From NCBI GenBank assembly GCA_050486285.1, contig JBJHCZ010000015.1, positions 4,294-68,293 on the forward strand: DNA of 64,000 nucleotides, written 5' to 3'. The notes beneath the pieces were generated by a model. It was not told the origin of the DNA. It did not search any database and saw nothing but the letters and a program-made list of their open reading frames with translations. The translations under genes and the position numbers were made by a program. Every line of letters starts with the position of its first letter. Positions within the stretch are counted from its first letter, which is position 1. The DNA is from Chromatiales bacterium (GTDB taxonomy: Bacteria > Pseudomonadota > Gammaproteobacteria > SZUA-140). Positions 31,060 to 40,462 of this stretch are shown here, piece by piece.

Positions 31060-31641
31060 TCAGACCGGCGCCAGCGAGGCAAGGTCGAGCACGGTTGCGC
31101 CCAGCGCCGCGATCTCGCGTTCCGCGTCTTCGCCGTCGCCGGGCTCGACGTTGACCGCGCGCGAGGCGTCGCTGAGATAGACGACAGTGAAACCGGCCGC
31201 GATCGCGTCGCGTACCGTCGCCAGCACGCAATAATCGGTCGCGAGTCCACCGATCCACAGGCGCCCGACGCCGAGCGTACGCAGGCGTTCGGTCAGGCCG
31301 GTACCGTCAAAACCCGAATAGGCGTCGCGATCCGGGTCGGTGGCCTTCGAGACGACGATCGATTCGTCTGGGAGCCTGAGCCAGGGCGCAAAGTCGGCGC
31401 CGGCCGTGCCGGCCACGCAGTGCGGCGGCCAGGGGCCGCCACGAGCCGTGAACGAACAGTGGTTCGGCGGATGCCAGTCGCGGGTCGCGATCACCGGCAG
31501 TCCGGCGCGCCTGAAGCGTTCGATGTAATGATTGAGCACAGGGACGACCTGGTCGCCGTCGGGCACGCCGAGTGCGCCGTCCGGCAGAAAGTCCTTCTGG
31601 ACATCGACGATGACGAGCGCATCGCCGTTGCGGGTCTCCAT
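31060..31641 (-). CDS. pncA: Nicotinamidase/pyrazinamidase
   Basis: VDVQKDFLP, DWHP, WPPHCV, YSGF, GLATDYCV. Confidence 0.93.
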   Translation of the reverse strand: METRNGDALVIVDVQKDFLPDGALGVPDGDQVVPVLNHYIERFRRAGLPVIATRDWHPPNHCSFTARGGPWPPHCVAGTAGADFAPWLRLPDESIVVSKATDPDRDAYSGFDGTGLTERLRTLGVGRLWIGGLATDYCVLATVRDAIAAGFTVVYLSDASRAVNVEPGDGEDAEREIAALGATVLDLASLAPV

Positions 31642-31715
31642 GACTGCCTCCGGCAATCCCGGGGAGGGATCGCTGTGATCCGTTCACCCGATCATAGCAG
31701 AAGCGGGGCGGCTGG

Positions 31716-34700
31716 CTAGCCCGGCGTTCTCGGCTTGAAGCGGGTGACGTTGTCACCGTTGGAGATGCGGTGATCGTCGTCGCGGGCGAGATACTTCTGC
31801 TCGAAGGCCTCCGGCGTGAGCGGCTCGCTGAAATAGAAGCCCTGCATGAAGTCGCAGCCGGCCTCGCGCAGCACGCGGGCCTGTTCGGCGGTCTCGACGC
31901 CCTCGGCGATGACCTCGAGACCGAGACCACGCGCCATCGCAAGCACGCCGGTCACGATCGCGATGTCCTCGCGGTCGTCGGGGATGTCATGGACGAAGGA
32001 GCGGTCGATCTTGAGGATATCGACCGGGAAGCGCTTGAGGTAGGCGAGTGACGAATAGCCGGTACCGAAGTCGTCGATCGCGAGATGAATGCCCATCTCC
32101 TTGAACTTGCGGAAGATCGAGATCATGTCCTCGGCATGTTCCATGATGACGCTCTCGGTGATCTCGAGTTCGAGCAGATCGGACGGCACGCCGGTTTCCC
32201 TGAGTACGCGGCTGACCGTGTCGATGATCTCGAACTTCTCGATTTGGCGTACCGAGAGGTTGATCGCCATGCGCAGCGGCGCGTGACCCTTGTCGAGCCA
32301 GGTCTTCAGCTGCCGGCAGGCCTTGAACATCACCTGGTCGCCGATGCGGCCGATCAGGCCGGTGTCCTCGGCCAGCGGGATGAAATCGGCCGGCGCGACG
32401 ATGCCGCGTTCCGGATGCATCCAGCGCACCAGGGCCTCGACGCCGATGACCTTGCCGCTGCGGGATTCGACCTGGGGCTGGTAATGGATCAGCATTTCGT
32501 CGCGATCGACGGCCCTGCGCAAATCACCCTCCATCTTCAAGCGTCGCGCGACGTCCGCCTCCATACCGTATTCGAAGAAGCGGAAGTCGTTGCGATAACG
32601 CTTGGCATTGAACATCGCGGTGTCCGCATGTTTCATCAGCGTCGCGATGTCCGAGGCATCGGACGGGAACATCGAGATGCCGATGCTCAGCGTGACGAAG
32701 ATTTCCTGCTCGAGGAAGGTTACCGGCTTCGAGAAGGCCGTGCATATCTTCCTTGCGATCGAGGCCAGCACCTCGCGCGAGCCGATGTCGTCGAGTACGA
32801 TCGTGAACTCGTCACCGCCAAGGCGCGCGACCAGGTCGCCGTCGCGGACGCAATGATGCAGCCGTTCGGCGACGATCTTCAGCAGCATGTCGCCGGCGTC
32901 GTGGCCGAGGGTGTCGTTGATCAGCTTGAAGCGGTCGACGTCGATGAACATCACCGCGAGAGGCTTGCCGGTCTCGCGGTTGGCGTCGAGCAGCGCGGTC
33001 AGGTGGCTGGTAAAGCGCATCCTGTTCGGCAGGCCGGTCAGAGAATCGCTGTAGGCGAGCTGGTGCATGTGACGCTCGGTGCGGCTCGCATGCATCAGGT
33101 GGGCAATGCGGCGGCGCAGCACGGAGATGTTGACCGGTTTCGGGATATAGTCGGTTGCGCCGACCGAGAAGGCCTTCTCGATCGAGTCCTCGTCCTCGAG
33201 ACCGGTGATGATCAGCACCGGGATGTGGGCGCTGTCCGCCTGCTGTTTCAGATACTGGCAGGCGGCAAATCCGTCCATGATCGGCATCTTGCCGTCCATC
33301 AGGATCAGGTCGGGGGGGTCGTTTGCGCACAGGTCGATCGCAGTGGTGCCGTTGTCGGCCTCGATGACCCGGTAACCTTCCTCCTCGATGATATTGCGGA
33401 ACATCAAACGCGTGTAGCGATCGTCGTCGACGACCAGAATCCGCCCGACATGACCGTGATGGCCCTGGGATCCGCTTTCGACCCGATTGCCGTCCAGCTC
33501 GCTCCGCAGCAATGTCAGCAAGGTCTGCGACTCGGCGACGGCGGTGTTGTAGAGCATCCGGACGGTATTGATATCATTGCCGCGGCCGGCGGATTCGATG
33601 TGCCGGCTGACATCGGCCAGCCGGCTGGCGCCGATATTCGCGGCGCTGCCCTTGACCGCATGGGCAATATTGGGGACGTTGTCGAGTCGGCCTTCCCTGA
33701 TCGAGGCGTCGAGATCCGCCAGATAGGCAGGCAGATCCTCGATGAAGACCTTGAGCATCCCGGTAAACGAATCGCCGATCGATTCCCTGAGCTCGTTGAA
33801 CATGGCCTCATCGAGCGTCTGTCCCGCCACTGCCCGGTCGCCGGCTTCACCGGGGGCGATCGTTGAGGCGGGCAGGGGGCGGGCGGCCTCACCGCGCAAC
33901 CACACCGACAGCTTGTCACGGATGATCTCGAGCTTCAGGGGTTTGGAGAGATAGTCATCCATGCCGGCGTCGAGGCATCTGCGTATGTCCCCGTCCTGGA
34001 CGTTGGCGGTCATCGCGATGATCGGCATTCGGCGTCCGCTGCCTTCCAGCGCGCGGATCCGGCGCGTCGTCTCGTAGCCGTCGAGGTCGGGCATGTTGCA
34101 GTCCATCAGGGCGAGGTCGAACGATTCCAGGCGCAGGGCCTCGATTGCTTCGTGTCCGCCGGCGGCGACAGTGGGGCGCAGGCCGAGACGTTCGAGCATG
34201 CCGGAAACGACGTACTGGTTTGCCCGGTTGTCCTCGACGATGAGGATTCGTGAACGCGGGAGCTTGTTCGTCTCTGAGTCCGCTGCCGGGTCATCCCTGG
34301 CCGGCAAGGCAGGGCGACTGCCGATCAGCATGTCGATCAGCAGGCCGTGCAGCGTGGACTTTCGCAACGGCTTTCGAATTGACCAGGCGCTGGCATTGCC
34401 GGTGGTGGCGGTCTCGGCATCCGCCATCCCGTTCGCCATCAGCGCGATATGGGCGACGCCGGTCAGTTCACCCGACCCGATGATGTCGGCGACGGGGCGT
34501 CCGAAGTTAGCCTTGAGGTCGGCGTCTATCAGCAGGGCATCGAAGCAAGGATTGCGGTCCCGGCGCGACTCGATGATCGTCGACATCTCCTGCGCAGTCT
34601 GTGCGACGACCGGTCTCATGCCGAACGACTCGCACAGCCGCCGTGCCTGTCGCCTGACCGTCTCGCTGTCGTCGACGATGAGGATGCTCTTGCCGGCAAG

Positions 34701-36242
34701 CCTGCTCTCGACCGCAGTAGCGGCGACGGCGGATTCGGGCCTGTCGAACGGCAGCCTGACGCGGAAGCTGCTTCCCTGTCCCGGCGCGCTCCTGACGCCG
34801 ATGTCGCCGCCCATGAACTCGACGAGTTGCTTGCAGATCGCCAGACCGAGTCCGGTGCCGCCGTACTTGCGGGTCGTCGAACCGTCGGCCTGGAGGAAGG
34901 GTTCGAAAATGCGCTGGTGCGCGTGTTCGGCGATGCCGATGCCGGTGTCCCTGACCTCGAACAGGAGTGCCGGGCGTTCGGCGCAGGATTGTTCCGCCGG
35001 TTCGACGGAAATCGTGATTTCACCCTTGTCGGTGAATTTGATCGCGTTGCCGACCAGATTGACGATCACCTGGTGCAAGCGGGCACGATCGCCGTTGACC
35101 ATGGCCGGACAGTCGCTGTCTATCACATAGCCGATATCCAGTCCCTTGGCGTTGGCCTGGGTACCGATCAGGCCGAGTATGTCGTCGAGGAAATCCGTGA
35201 GGCAGAAGTCCTCGCGGTTGACTTCGAGCTGGCCGGAATCGTTGCGCGAGAAATCGAGGATGTCGTTGACCAGGGCCAGCAGGGATTCTCCGGAGCTGCG
35301 CGCAACCTCGAGATAGTCCGCCTGCCGCTCATTGAGACCCATGCCCTGCAACAATTCAAGCATGCCGAGGACGCCGTTCAGCGGCGTCCTCAGTTCGTGA
35401 CTGACCGTCGCCGCGAACTCGCCCTTCAGGCGCGCGGTCTCGATGGCGGCGTCCCGGGCCCTGCGCAGTTCGATCTCGCGGGCCTCGAGCACGTTCATCA
35501 TCTTGTTGAAGGCCGTCTGCATTTCGTTGACATCGCGCGGACCCTCGATGCCGGCGCGGATCATCGTCTCGCCGGAAGTCGCCCGGTGCATCGTCTCGGC
35601 AAGGCGCTTGATCGGGCCGGTGACGCGGCGGGTCAGCAGCAGCAGGGCCGCGAGCAACGCCGCGGCCAGTATCGAGCTCACCGTGATATTGGTCTTGAGC
35701 AGGTCGCCGGTCAGCCCATGCATCGTCTCCTTGCTCATGGCGAGCTGGACATGACCGATCAGCTCCGGTTGTCCGGGATCGACGGTGAACGGAGAATCCT
35801 CATCGATCGACGGAGTGGTATAGACCGGCGAGATGAAGCGCCACTGCCGGTTGCCGTCCTCGATCATCAGTGTCTGTGGCGGGATGGCGCCGGCGTAATC
35901 ATCGAGCCTGTTGATCTCGCCCACGGCCAGCAGCGGATGGCGATCGGTGTCGTAGACCGCGATCGCAACGATGTCCGGCGAACTCAGCACCGCCTCGGCG
36001 TAGTCCTGCACGTTTTCCGGACTGTGCAGCAGCAGCGCCAGAGTACTCTGCGAGGCCAGCGTCTCGGCGGTCTGATGCCCCTCGAACACGAAGCGATCGC
36101 GGATGGTCTGTCCGGACAGCCAGGTGATCGCGATCGACGATATCAGCGATGCGAGCAGGATACCGGCGACGAAGATCAGCGCCAGTTGCTGGCGGAATCC
36201 CATGCGGCCGTATCTGTTGGTCTTGTTCAGGTCCATTGCCAC
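31716..36242 (-). CDS. Hybrid sensor: TM-periplasmic-TM-HAMP-HisKA-HATPase-REC-REC-HPt-REC-GGDEF-EAL
   Basis: SHELRTPLNG, NAIKFT, GGTGLGL, LMDCNMP, AHAVKGSAANIG, LMDGKMP, RLGGDEF, EALVRW, DDFGTGYS; start at 36242 or 36236. Confidence 0.93.
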   Translation of the reverse strand: MAMDLNKTNRYGRMGFRQQLALIFVAGILLASLISSIAITWLSGQTIRDRFVFEGHQTAETLASQSTLALLLHSPENVQDYAEAVLSSPDIVAIAVYDTDRHPLLAVGEINRLDDYAGAIPPQTLMIEDGNRQWRFISPVYTTPSIDEDSPFTVDPGQPELIGHVQLAMSKETMHGLTGDLLKTNITVSSILAAALLAALLLLTRRVTGPIKRLAETMHRATSGETMIRAGIEGPRDVNEMQTAFNKMMNVLEAREIELRRARDAAIETARLKGEFAATVSHELRTPLNGVLGMLELLQGMGLNERQADYLEVARSSGESLLALVNDILDFSRNDSGQLEVNREDFCLTDFLDDILGLIGTQANAKGLDIGYVIDSDCPAMVNGDRARLHQVIVNLVGNAIKFTDKGEITISVEPAEQSCAERPALLFEVRDTGIGIAEHAHQRIFEPFLQADGSTTRKYGGTGLGLAICKQLVEFMGGDIGVRSAPGQGSSFRVRLPFDRPESAVAATAVESRLAGKSILIVDDSETVRRQARRLCESFGMRPVVAQTAQEMSTIIESRRDRNPCFDALLIDADLKANFGRPVADIIGSGELTGVAHIALMANGMADAETATTGNASAWSIRKPLRKSTLHGLLIDMLIGSRPALPARDDPAADSETNKLPRSRILIVEDNRANQYVVSGMLERLGLRPTVAAGGHEAIEALRLESFDLALMDCNMPDLDGYETTRRIRALEGSGRRMPIIAMTANVQDGDIRRCLDAGMDDYLSKPLKLEIIRDKLSVWLRGEAARPLPASTIAPGEAGDRAVAGQTLDEAMFNELRESIGDSFTGMLKVFIEDLPAYLADLDASIREGRLDNVPNIAHAVKGSAANIGASRLADVSRHIESAGRGNDINTVRMLYNTAVAESQTLLTLLRSELDGNRVESGSQGHHGHVGRILVVDDDRYTRLMFRNIIEEEGYRVIEADNGTTAIDLCANDPPDLILMDGKMPIMDGFAACQYLKQQADSAHIPVLIITGLEDEDSIEKAFSVGATDYIPKPVNISVLRRRIAHLMHASRTERHMHQLAYSDSLTGLPNRMRFTSHLTALLDANRETGKPLAVMFIDVDRFKLINDTLGHDAGDMLLKIVAERLHHCVRDGDLVARLGGDEFTIVLDDIGSREVLASIARKICTAFSKPVTFLEQEIFVTLSIGISMFPSDASDIATLMKHADTAMFNAKRYRNDFRFFEYGMEADVARRLKMEGDLRRAVDRDEMLIHYQPQVESRSGKVIGVEALVRWMHPERGIVAPADFIPLAEDTGLIGRIGDQVMFKACRQLKTWLDKGHAPLRMAINLSVRQIEKFEIIDTVSRVLRETGVPSDLLELEITESVIMEHAEDMISIFRKFKEMGIHLAIDDFGTGYSSLAYLKRFPVDILKIDRSFVHDIPDDREDIAIVTGVLAMARGLGLEVIAEGVETAEQARVLREAGCDFMQGFYFSEPLTPEAFEQKYLARDDDHRISNGDNVTRFKPRTPG

Positions 36243-36251
36243 TGGTCGCCG

Positions 36252-37235
36252 TTACTGGGGCGGAAATATCAGGTCGAAGCGGGCGAGGTCATCCCGCGTG
36301 TAGCGAATGCCGAGACGGCTTGCGGTGCGAACATTGAACGCCGTATGCAAGGCATCGAGCAGGCGTATCCCGACCGGATTTTCTGCGCGGCCGTGCGCAC
36401 GATGCTCATGGACTTCCATGGCCAGCGCGCCGATGCTGCGTCCCATTCTGTGATTATCCGGATACATCGCGAACAGGACGCCGCGCCTGACATGTGAAGG
36501 ATTGTTGGAGAAAACGATCAGTTTGCGATCCCATGACTCCTTGAGAATCATCGGCAGGATGGCCTGCTCGTCGAGCACCATGCTGTCCTGGGACAACCAC
36601 AGGGCCTCGGTGCCGCTTTTCTGGGTGGCGAGGATATCCCGATAACTGCTCGCAGCTTCCTGGGGCCTGTCGACCGGAATCGGATTCAGCGTGATGCCAT
36701 GCTTCGCGGAGGCCGCCCTGGCGCGATCGATCAACCACTGTTCCCGCTCACGGTGGTAGATGATATTGACGCGCTCCACCCCCGGTGCCAGCGCCTTCAG
36801 ACGATGGAGAAGGATTTCGGGATCAGGGTTCAGCGCGATGCCGTAGTAAGAATTGGCGAGCAGCCCGTCCGACATGTGGATGGCGCCGATTACCACGGGA
36901 ATCCTCGGTGACAACTCCTTGCTCAGATCCTGCCCCCGGCTGCCGAGCACCACCGCGATCCCGATATCGTTCCGGCCGAGCCAGGAAGTCAATGCCTCAG
37001 CTGTTTCTTCATTCGTGATGGGGCGAACATTGACCTGTCCGCCGAGCGTCTCGGCGATTCCTTCCGCGATAGTCGTGAAGACACTGCGGAACGGCTCCCT
37101 GATCTCGGGGAAGAGGACGGCGGTGACCGGGGTGTCGGCCGAGGCGGGCTGAACGATGAACAGGGGTAAAGCCGTAACAACAACCAGGCTGGCCTTTAAA
37201 GCAAAAGAGAACAAATGCTTAAGAGAGTAGGCCAT
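36252..37235 (-). CDS. Periplasmic substrate-binding-like protein (ABC_sub_bind-like) with no cognate permease
   Basis: Signal peptide ending ASA; P-loop-free alpha/beta pattern; C-terminal FNVRTASRLGI typical of this SBP family. Confidence 0.72.
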   Translation of the reverse strand: MAYSLKHLFSFALKASLVVVTALPLFIVQPASADTPVTAVLFPEIREPFRSVFTTIAEGIAETLGGQVNVRPITNEETAEALTSWLGRNDIGIAVVLGSRGQDLSKELSPRIPVVIGAIHMSDGLLANSYYGIALNPDPEILLHRLKALAPGVERVNIIYHREREQWLIDRARAASAKHGITLNPIPVDRPQEAASSYRDILATQKSGTEALWLSQDSMVLDEQAILPMILKESWDRKLIVFSNNPSHVRRGVLFAMYPDNHRMGRSIGALAMEVHEHRAHGRAENPVGIRLLDALHTAFNVRTASRLGIRYTRDDLARFDLIFPPQ

Positions 37236-37304
37236 GTCTCGGCAGTGCTTGTCTGGCTAAATGGAGTCCCTGCCGGTATTCGCGGGATACCGGCCCGTGC
37301 ATAG

Positions 37305-37331
37305 TTATCGGCCTTGAGTGTCAGCCCTGAA
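37305..37331 (-). promoter_or_regulatory. Possible sigma28 (FliA)-type promoter for the SBP-sensor genes
   Basis: Minus strand TTCAG-N14-GCCGATAA with a perfect -10; 70 nt upstream of the SBP start. Confidence 0.45.
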
Positions 37332-37357
37332 CCATGAAACGGCCGCCAGCAGGCGGC

Positions 37358-39463
37358 CTATCGGCCACCCAGCCAGTCCAGGTGATAGCGCGCTTCGACG
37401 AAGTAGTGGCGGCCGGCCAGCGGGAGGTCCCCGGGAATTGCCCCCGGCGCAGGGCTTGGCTCAAAGGCTTCCTCATCGAAGATGTTGCGACCGGATAACG
37501 CAAACTCCCAGGGCGAACCCATGCCTCGGTACCTCAGGGTGATGTCCGTAAGCAGATAGTCATCGACCTGCGTTCTCGGATCGGCAACCTCACGTTTTCT
37601 GTCTGCGACCCAGTTGACCTGCGCATTCAGTCGCCAATTCGGGAGGAATCGCCAATCTGAACGGATATAGATTTGATGCTGTGGCGCATTGGCAACGTTG
37701 GAGTCTGTATCTTTTTCCCTGGATTTCTGGAAGGCATAGTTACCCAATAATGTCAGTTTGGCCGTGGCTTCATAATGAGCCTCGAATTCAGCGCCATAGC
37801 CGTTACGACTACCTGAGTTCTGTGCAGTCACAGTGGTAGCAGGCGCAGCATCAGGGATAAACCGGAGGATATCATCCATTTCGTACCTGAAGAGGTTGAG
37901 TCCGGTCCTCAGCTTGTCTGAATTCTGTTTTGTGAAGGCGATCTCATAGGTATCAATGGTTTCGGGCTTGAGATCCGGGTTACCCAGCGCCACGGGATTA
38001 TTGATGTTATAGAGCTCGTTAAATGCTGGCGCACGAAATGCACGACCATACAGCAACTTCGTTGTTATGCCAGGAGTAGTCTGCCATACGAGCGCCAGCC
38101 TCGGGTTTGTAGTATTGCCGAAGTCAGAATAATCGTCATAGCGAATGCCGCTCGTCAGCGTCCAGTGGCTGGCAAGTCTCCATTCATCCTGTGCGAACAG
38201 ATAGTATACCTGTCGATCTTGTGGGCGGATGAAGACATTGTTCGGATTGTTGCTTTCATCCACTAATCCCCCTGGTAACGGGATCGGTATACCGCCGGGA
38301 GCAAAGGTGTAGTTCTTTACCTCCCGGACCTTGTACATATCGCTGTTTATGGCGCCGGCACCTATCCGAATACTGTGGTTGGAAAGCCCGTGGTAGAAGG
38401 CAGACAATCCCAGACGAGTATGTCGTTCATATACGTACGGACGAGCAATCATGCCATCCGGGAAGGCGCCGCCAAAGGATCCGGGAGGATAAAGCACAAG
38501 ATTAGGCTCTGCGCTTGTGTCGAAGTAGCTCAGGACCGCTGTAAGATCCCAATGCTGGCTGACCGCGTTGTTGTATGTCAGGTCGGTATTAATTCTCTGA
38601 CTTTTCCCCGACGCCTGAGGGTCGAGAGCCTGTGCAACTCCGGCGCCGCTGCCGAGTTCCTGCCTTCCCTGAAAGCCGGCTCTGAATCTCCAGTTACCCC
38701 GGGCAAGGTCGAATCGTGCGTCGATGGTGTCTCTCTGAAGATTTACCGGACCAGGAGCATAGGAGACATTTGACAGAAAAAGTTGATCAAGGAATGTTTG
38801 AGCATCCGCCTCGATGGTTTCCCTGTGGCCATCGGTAGTCATGTACTGGAGTGAAAACGCGATATCGTTCCCGTTCCACCTCCCGCCATGAAGCATCCAC
38901 CCTTCGCGTGTACTGAATGAGCCGGAACGGGCTCCAAACTCGGTTCCATTGATATCATCAGCAGACTTGGTGATGATGTTGATCGTACCGGCAAAGGCAT
39001 CAGCGCCGTACACGGCGGAGCCGGGGCCGCGGATTATTTCGATACGCGCGATGTCATTGACAGGCATGCCGCCCCATAGTTCTCCCCTGTTTCCTACAAA
39101 CAGATTGGTGATCGGGATGTCGTTGATCAGAATCAGAACCTGCGGGTTGTTTTCGGAATATATGCCTCTTACGGTGTACAGTGGCAGATAGCCACGCGGC
39201 GCGACGGACACATGGAGTCCGGGGATGGATTCCAGGACCTCGTCAAGGTCGCGAGCGCCCATGTCCCGGATGTCCTTTTCAGTGATGACGGAAGCTACTG
39301 CCGGGGCCCTTGAAATTGGTTGAAGTGACCCCGTAGCGATACTGATAAACTGCTCGTCACCGAAAGCGCGCATCAGCGCATCTTCCTCAGTGCCTGATAT
39401 GGCGTTGCCGCCATGAGTCGACATGATCAGGGCCGCACAGGCAAGGCATGAGAGTCTGGACAT
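37358..39463 (-). CDS. TonB-dependent outer-membrane receptor
   Basis: Signal peptide, plug APAVASVIT...RIEIIRGPGSAVYGADAFAGTINIITK, NPDLKPE, RNIFD, C-terminal beta strand. Confidence 0.93.
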   Translation of the reverse strand: MSRLSCLACAALIMSTHGGNAISGTEEDALMRAFGDEQFISIATGSLQPISRAPAVASVITEKDIRDMGARDLDEVLESIPGLHVSVAPRGYLPLYTVRGIYSENNPQVLILINDIPITNLFVGNRGELWGGMPVNDIARIEIIRGPGSAVYGADAFAGTINIITKSADDINGTEFGARSGSFSTREGWMLHGGRWNGNDIAFSLQYMTTDGHRETIEADAQTFLDQLFLSNVSYAPGPVNLQRDTIDARFDLARGNWRFRAGFQGRQELGSGAGVAQALDPQASGKSQRINTDLTYNNAVSQHWDLTAVLSYFDTSAEPNLVLYPPGSFGGAFPDGMIARPYVYERHTRLGLSAFYHGLSNHSIRIGAGAINSDMYKVREVKNYTFAPGGIPIPLPGGLVDESNNPNNVFIRPQDRQVYYLFAQDEWRLASHWTLTSGIRYDDYSDFGNTTNPRLALVWQTTPGITTKLLYGRAFRAPAFNELYNINNPVALGNPDLKPETIDTYEIAFTKQNSDKLRTGLNLFRYEMDDILRFIPDAAPATTVTAQNSGSRNGYGAEFEAHYEATAKLTLLGNYAFQKSREKDTDSNVANAPQHQIYIRSDWRFLPNWRLNAQVNWVADRKREVADPRTQVDDYLLTDITLRYRGMGSPWEFALSGRNIFDEEAFEPSPAPGAIPGDLPLAGRHYFVEARYHLDWLGGR

Positions 39464-39539
39464 GATGCCACCATCTGTTTATGCAGGAGGGACCTGCCTT
39501 CTAATGGTGGTTTTAGCGACAACCGCAGGCTAATACTTT

Positions 39540-39622
39540 AGTGTAGAGAGGGGTGTGGCCAGGCTTCAGTATCTGGCCGGGTGCCAGGGGGTAATAAAAT
39601 ATTAAATAAAAACAAAATATTA
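39540..39622 (-). promoter_or_regulatory. AT-rich regulatory region upstream of the TonB receptor (sigmaS-like -10, IHF-like site)
   Basis: Minus-strand CTACACT at 39540-39546; AAACAAAATATTA at 39610-39622 has one mismatch to WATCAANNNNTTR and an adjacent A-tract. Confidence 0.35.
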
Positions 39623-39643
39623 AAACGGTTTATTGGAGATAAA

Positions 39644-40462
39644 TCAAGATTGATCGCGATCCCAGGGGCGATGCCCGTGACCGTTGTACTCGATACGCTC
39701 ACACGACATCGGGAGGAAGGAGCCTTCTACCCGCTCCGCTGCTTCCATATAGCAGGGGATCATACCTGCGACGAATGATGGTATCAGGTACAGGTAATAC
39801 TCATAAGTACTCAGCCCCTGATCGGCCGCCAGCGCCGCACCCAGTGCAGCGGCATTCATTCTGAATCGATAGCGGGAACTGATCAGTATCTCCTCGATCT
39901 CGAAGATCAATCTGAGGTGGCGGCCGTTTCCAAAGCCCAGCGATTCAGCGACTTCGCAGACAGGTTTGATGCGTTCGTCAGCATTGACAAGTGGTCTGCC
40001 ATAACCCGCGATACCGCGATGCCGCGCCAGTTCGTTGGTGACGATGATGGACAGGTCAGCACCGGAATCGAGTTTTTCGGTAGTTCTGTAAAGAAAATCT
40101 ATCGCTCTGACATCAGGGCGACGTCCGTAAACCGAGGCCTCCGATACTGACAACGCGGCACAGATACCCAAGTTGGCGGTGCTGCGCACAGTCCCGGCTA
40201 GGGAAGCAACGCGGTTATTCCAGATCCGCGGGTCGGGATAACTGGTCCCCAGCGACCATATGCACTCAAAAAGCCGAATCTGGTTGTCGGTGAATTCCCG
40301 CCCGGTAATTCCATATAAAAAGATTTCCATCCATCTCGCGTTTCTGAGGTCGGTGAACAGGTCTTTGCCTCTGAAAACGACGCGTTCTCCGGGGAAGACG
40401 AGTCCCATCGAGGTTTTCCAGTTATCTTCCTGGGAAGCCAGGTAATCCGGACCGGTCATCAA
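39644..40462 (-). CDS. Divergent citrate synthase/citryl-CoA lyase-fold protein B
   Basis: WKTSMG..VVFRGKDL, GIAGYGRP, DER, MNAA; about 270 aa like citryl-CoA lyases. Confidence 0.65.
   Translation of the reverse strand: MMTGPDYLASQEDNWKTSMGLVFPGERVVFRGKDLFTDLRNARWMEIFLYGITGREFTDNQIRLFECIWSLGTSYPDPRIWNNRVASLAGTVRSTANLGICAALSVSEASVYGRRPDVRAIDFLYRTTEKLDSGADLSIIVTNELARHRGIAGYGRPLVNADERIKPVCEVAESLGFGNGRHLRLIFEIEEILISSRYRFRMNAAALGAALAADQGLSTYEYYLYLIPSFVAGMIPCYMEAAERVEGSFLPMSCERIEYNGHGHRPWDRDQS

Noticed and set aside
24903-31641. Macro domain + pncAB as an NAD-based anti-phage system
   Set aside because: They are non-adjacent, opposite-strand, ordinary housekeeping homologs with no sirtuin, TIR or ART gene.
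39570-39590. sigma54 promoter upstream of the TBDR (minus-strand TGGCAC)
   Set aside because: The -12 TTGC element is absent at the required spacing.
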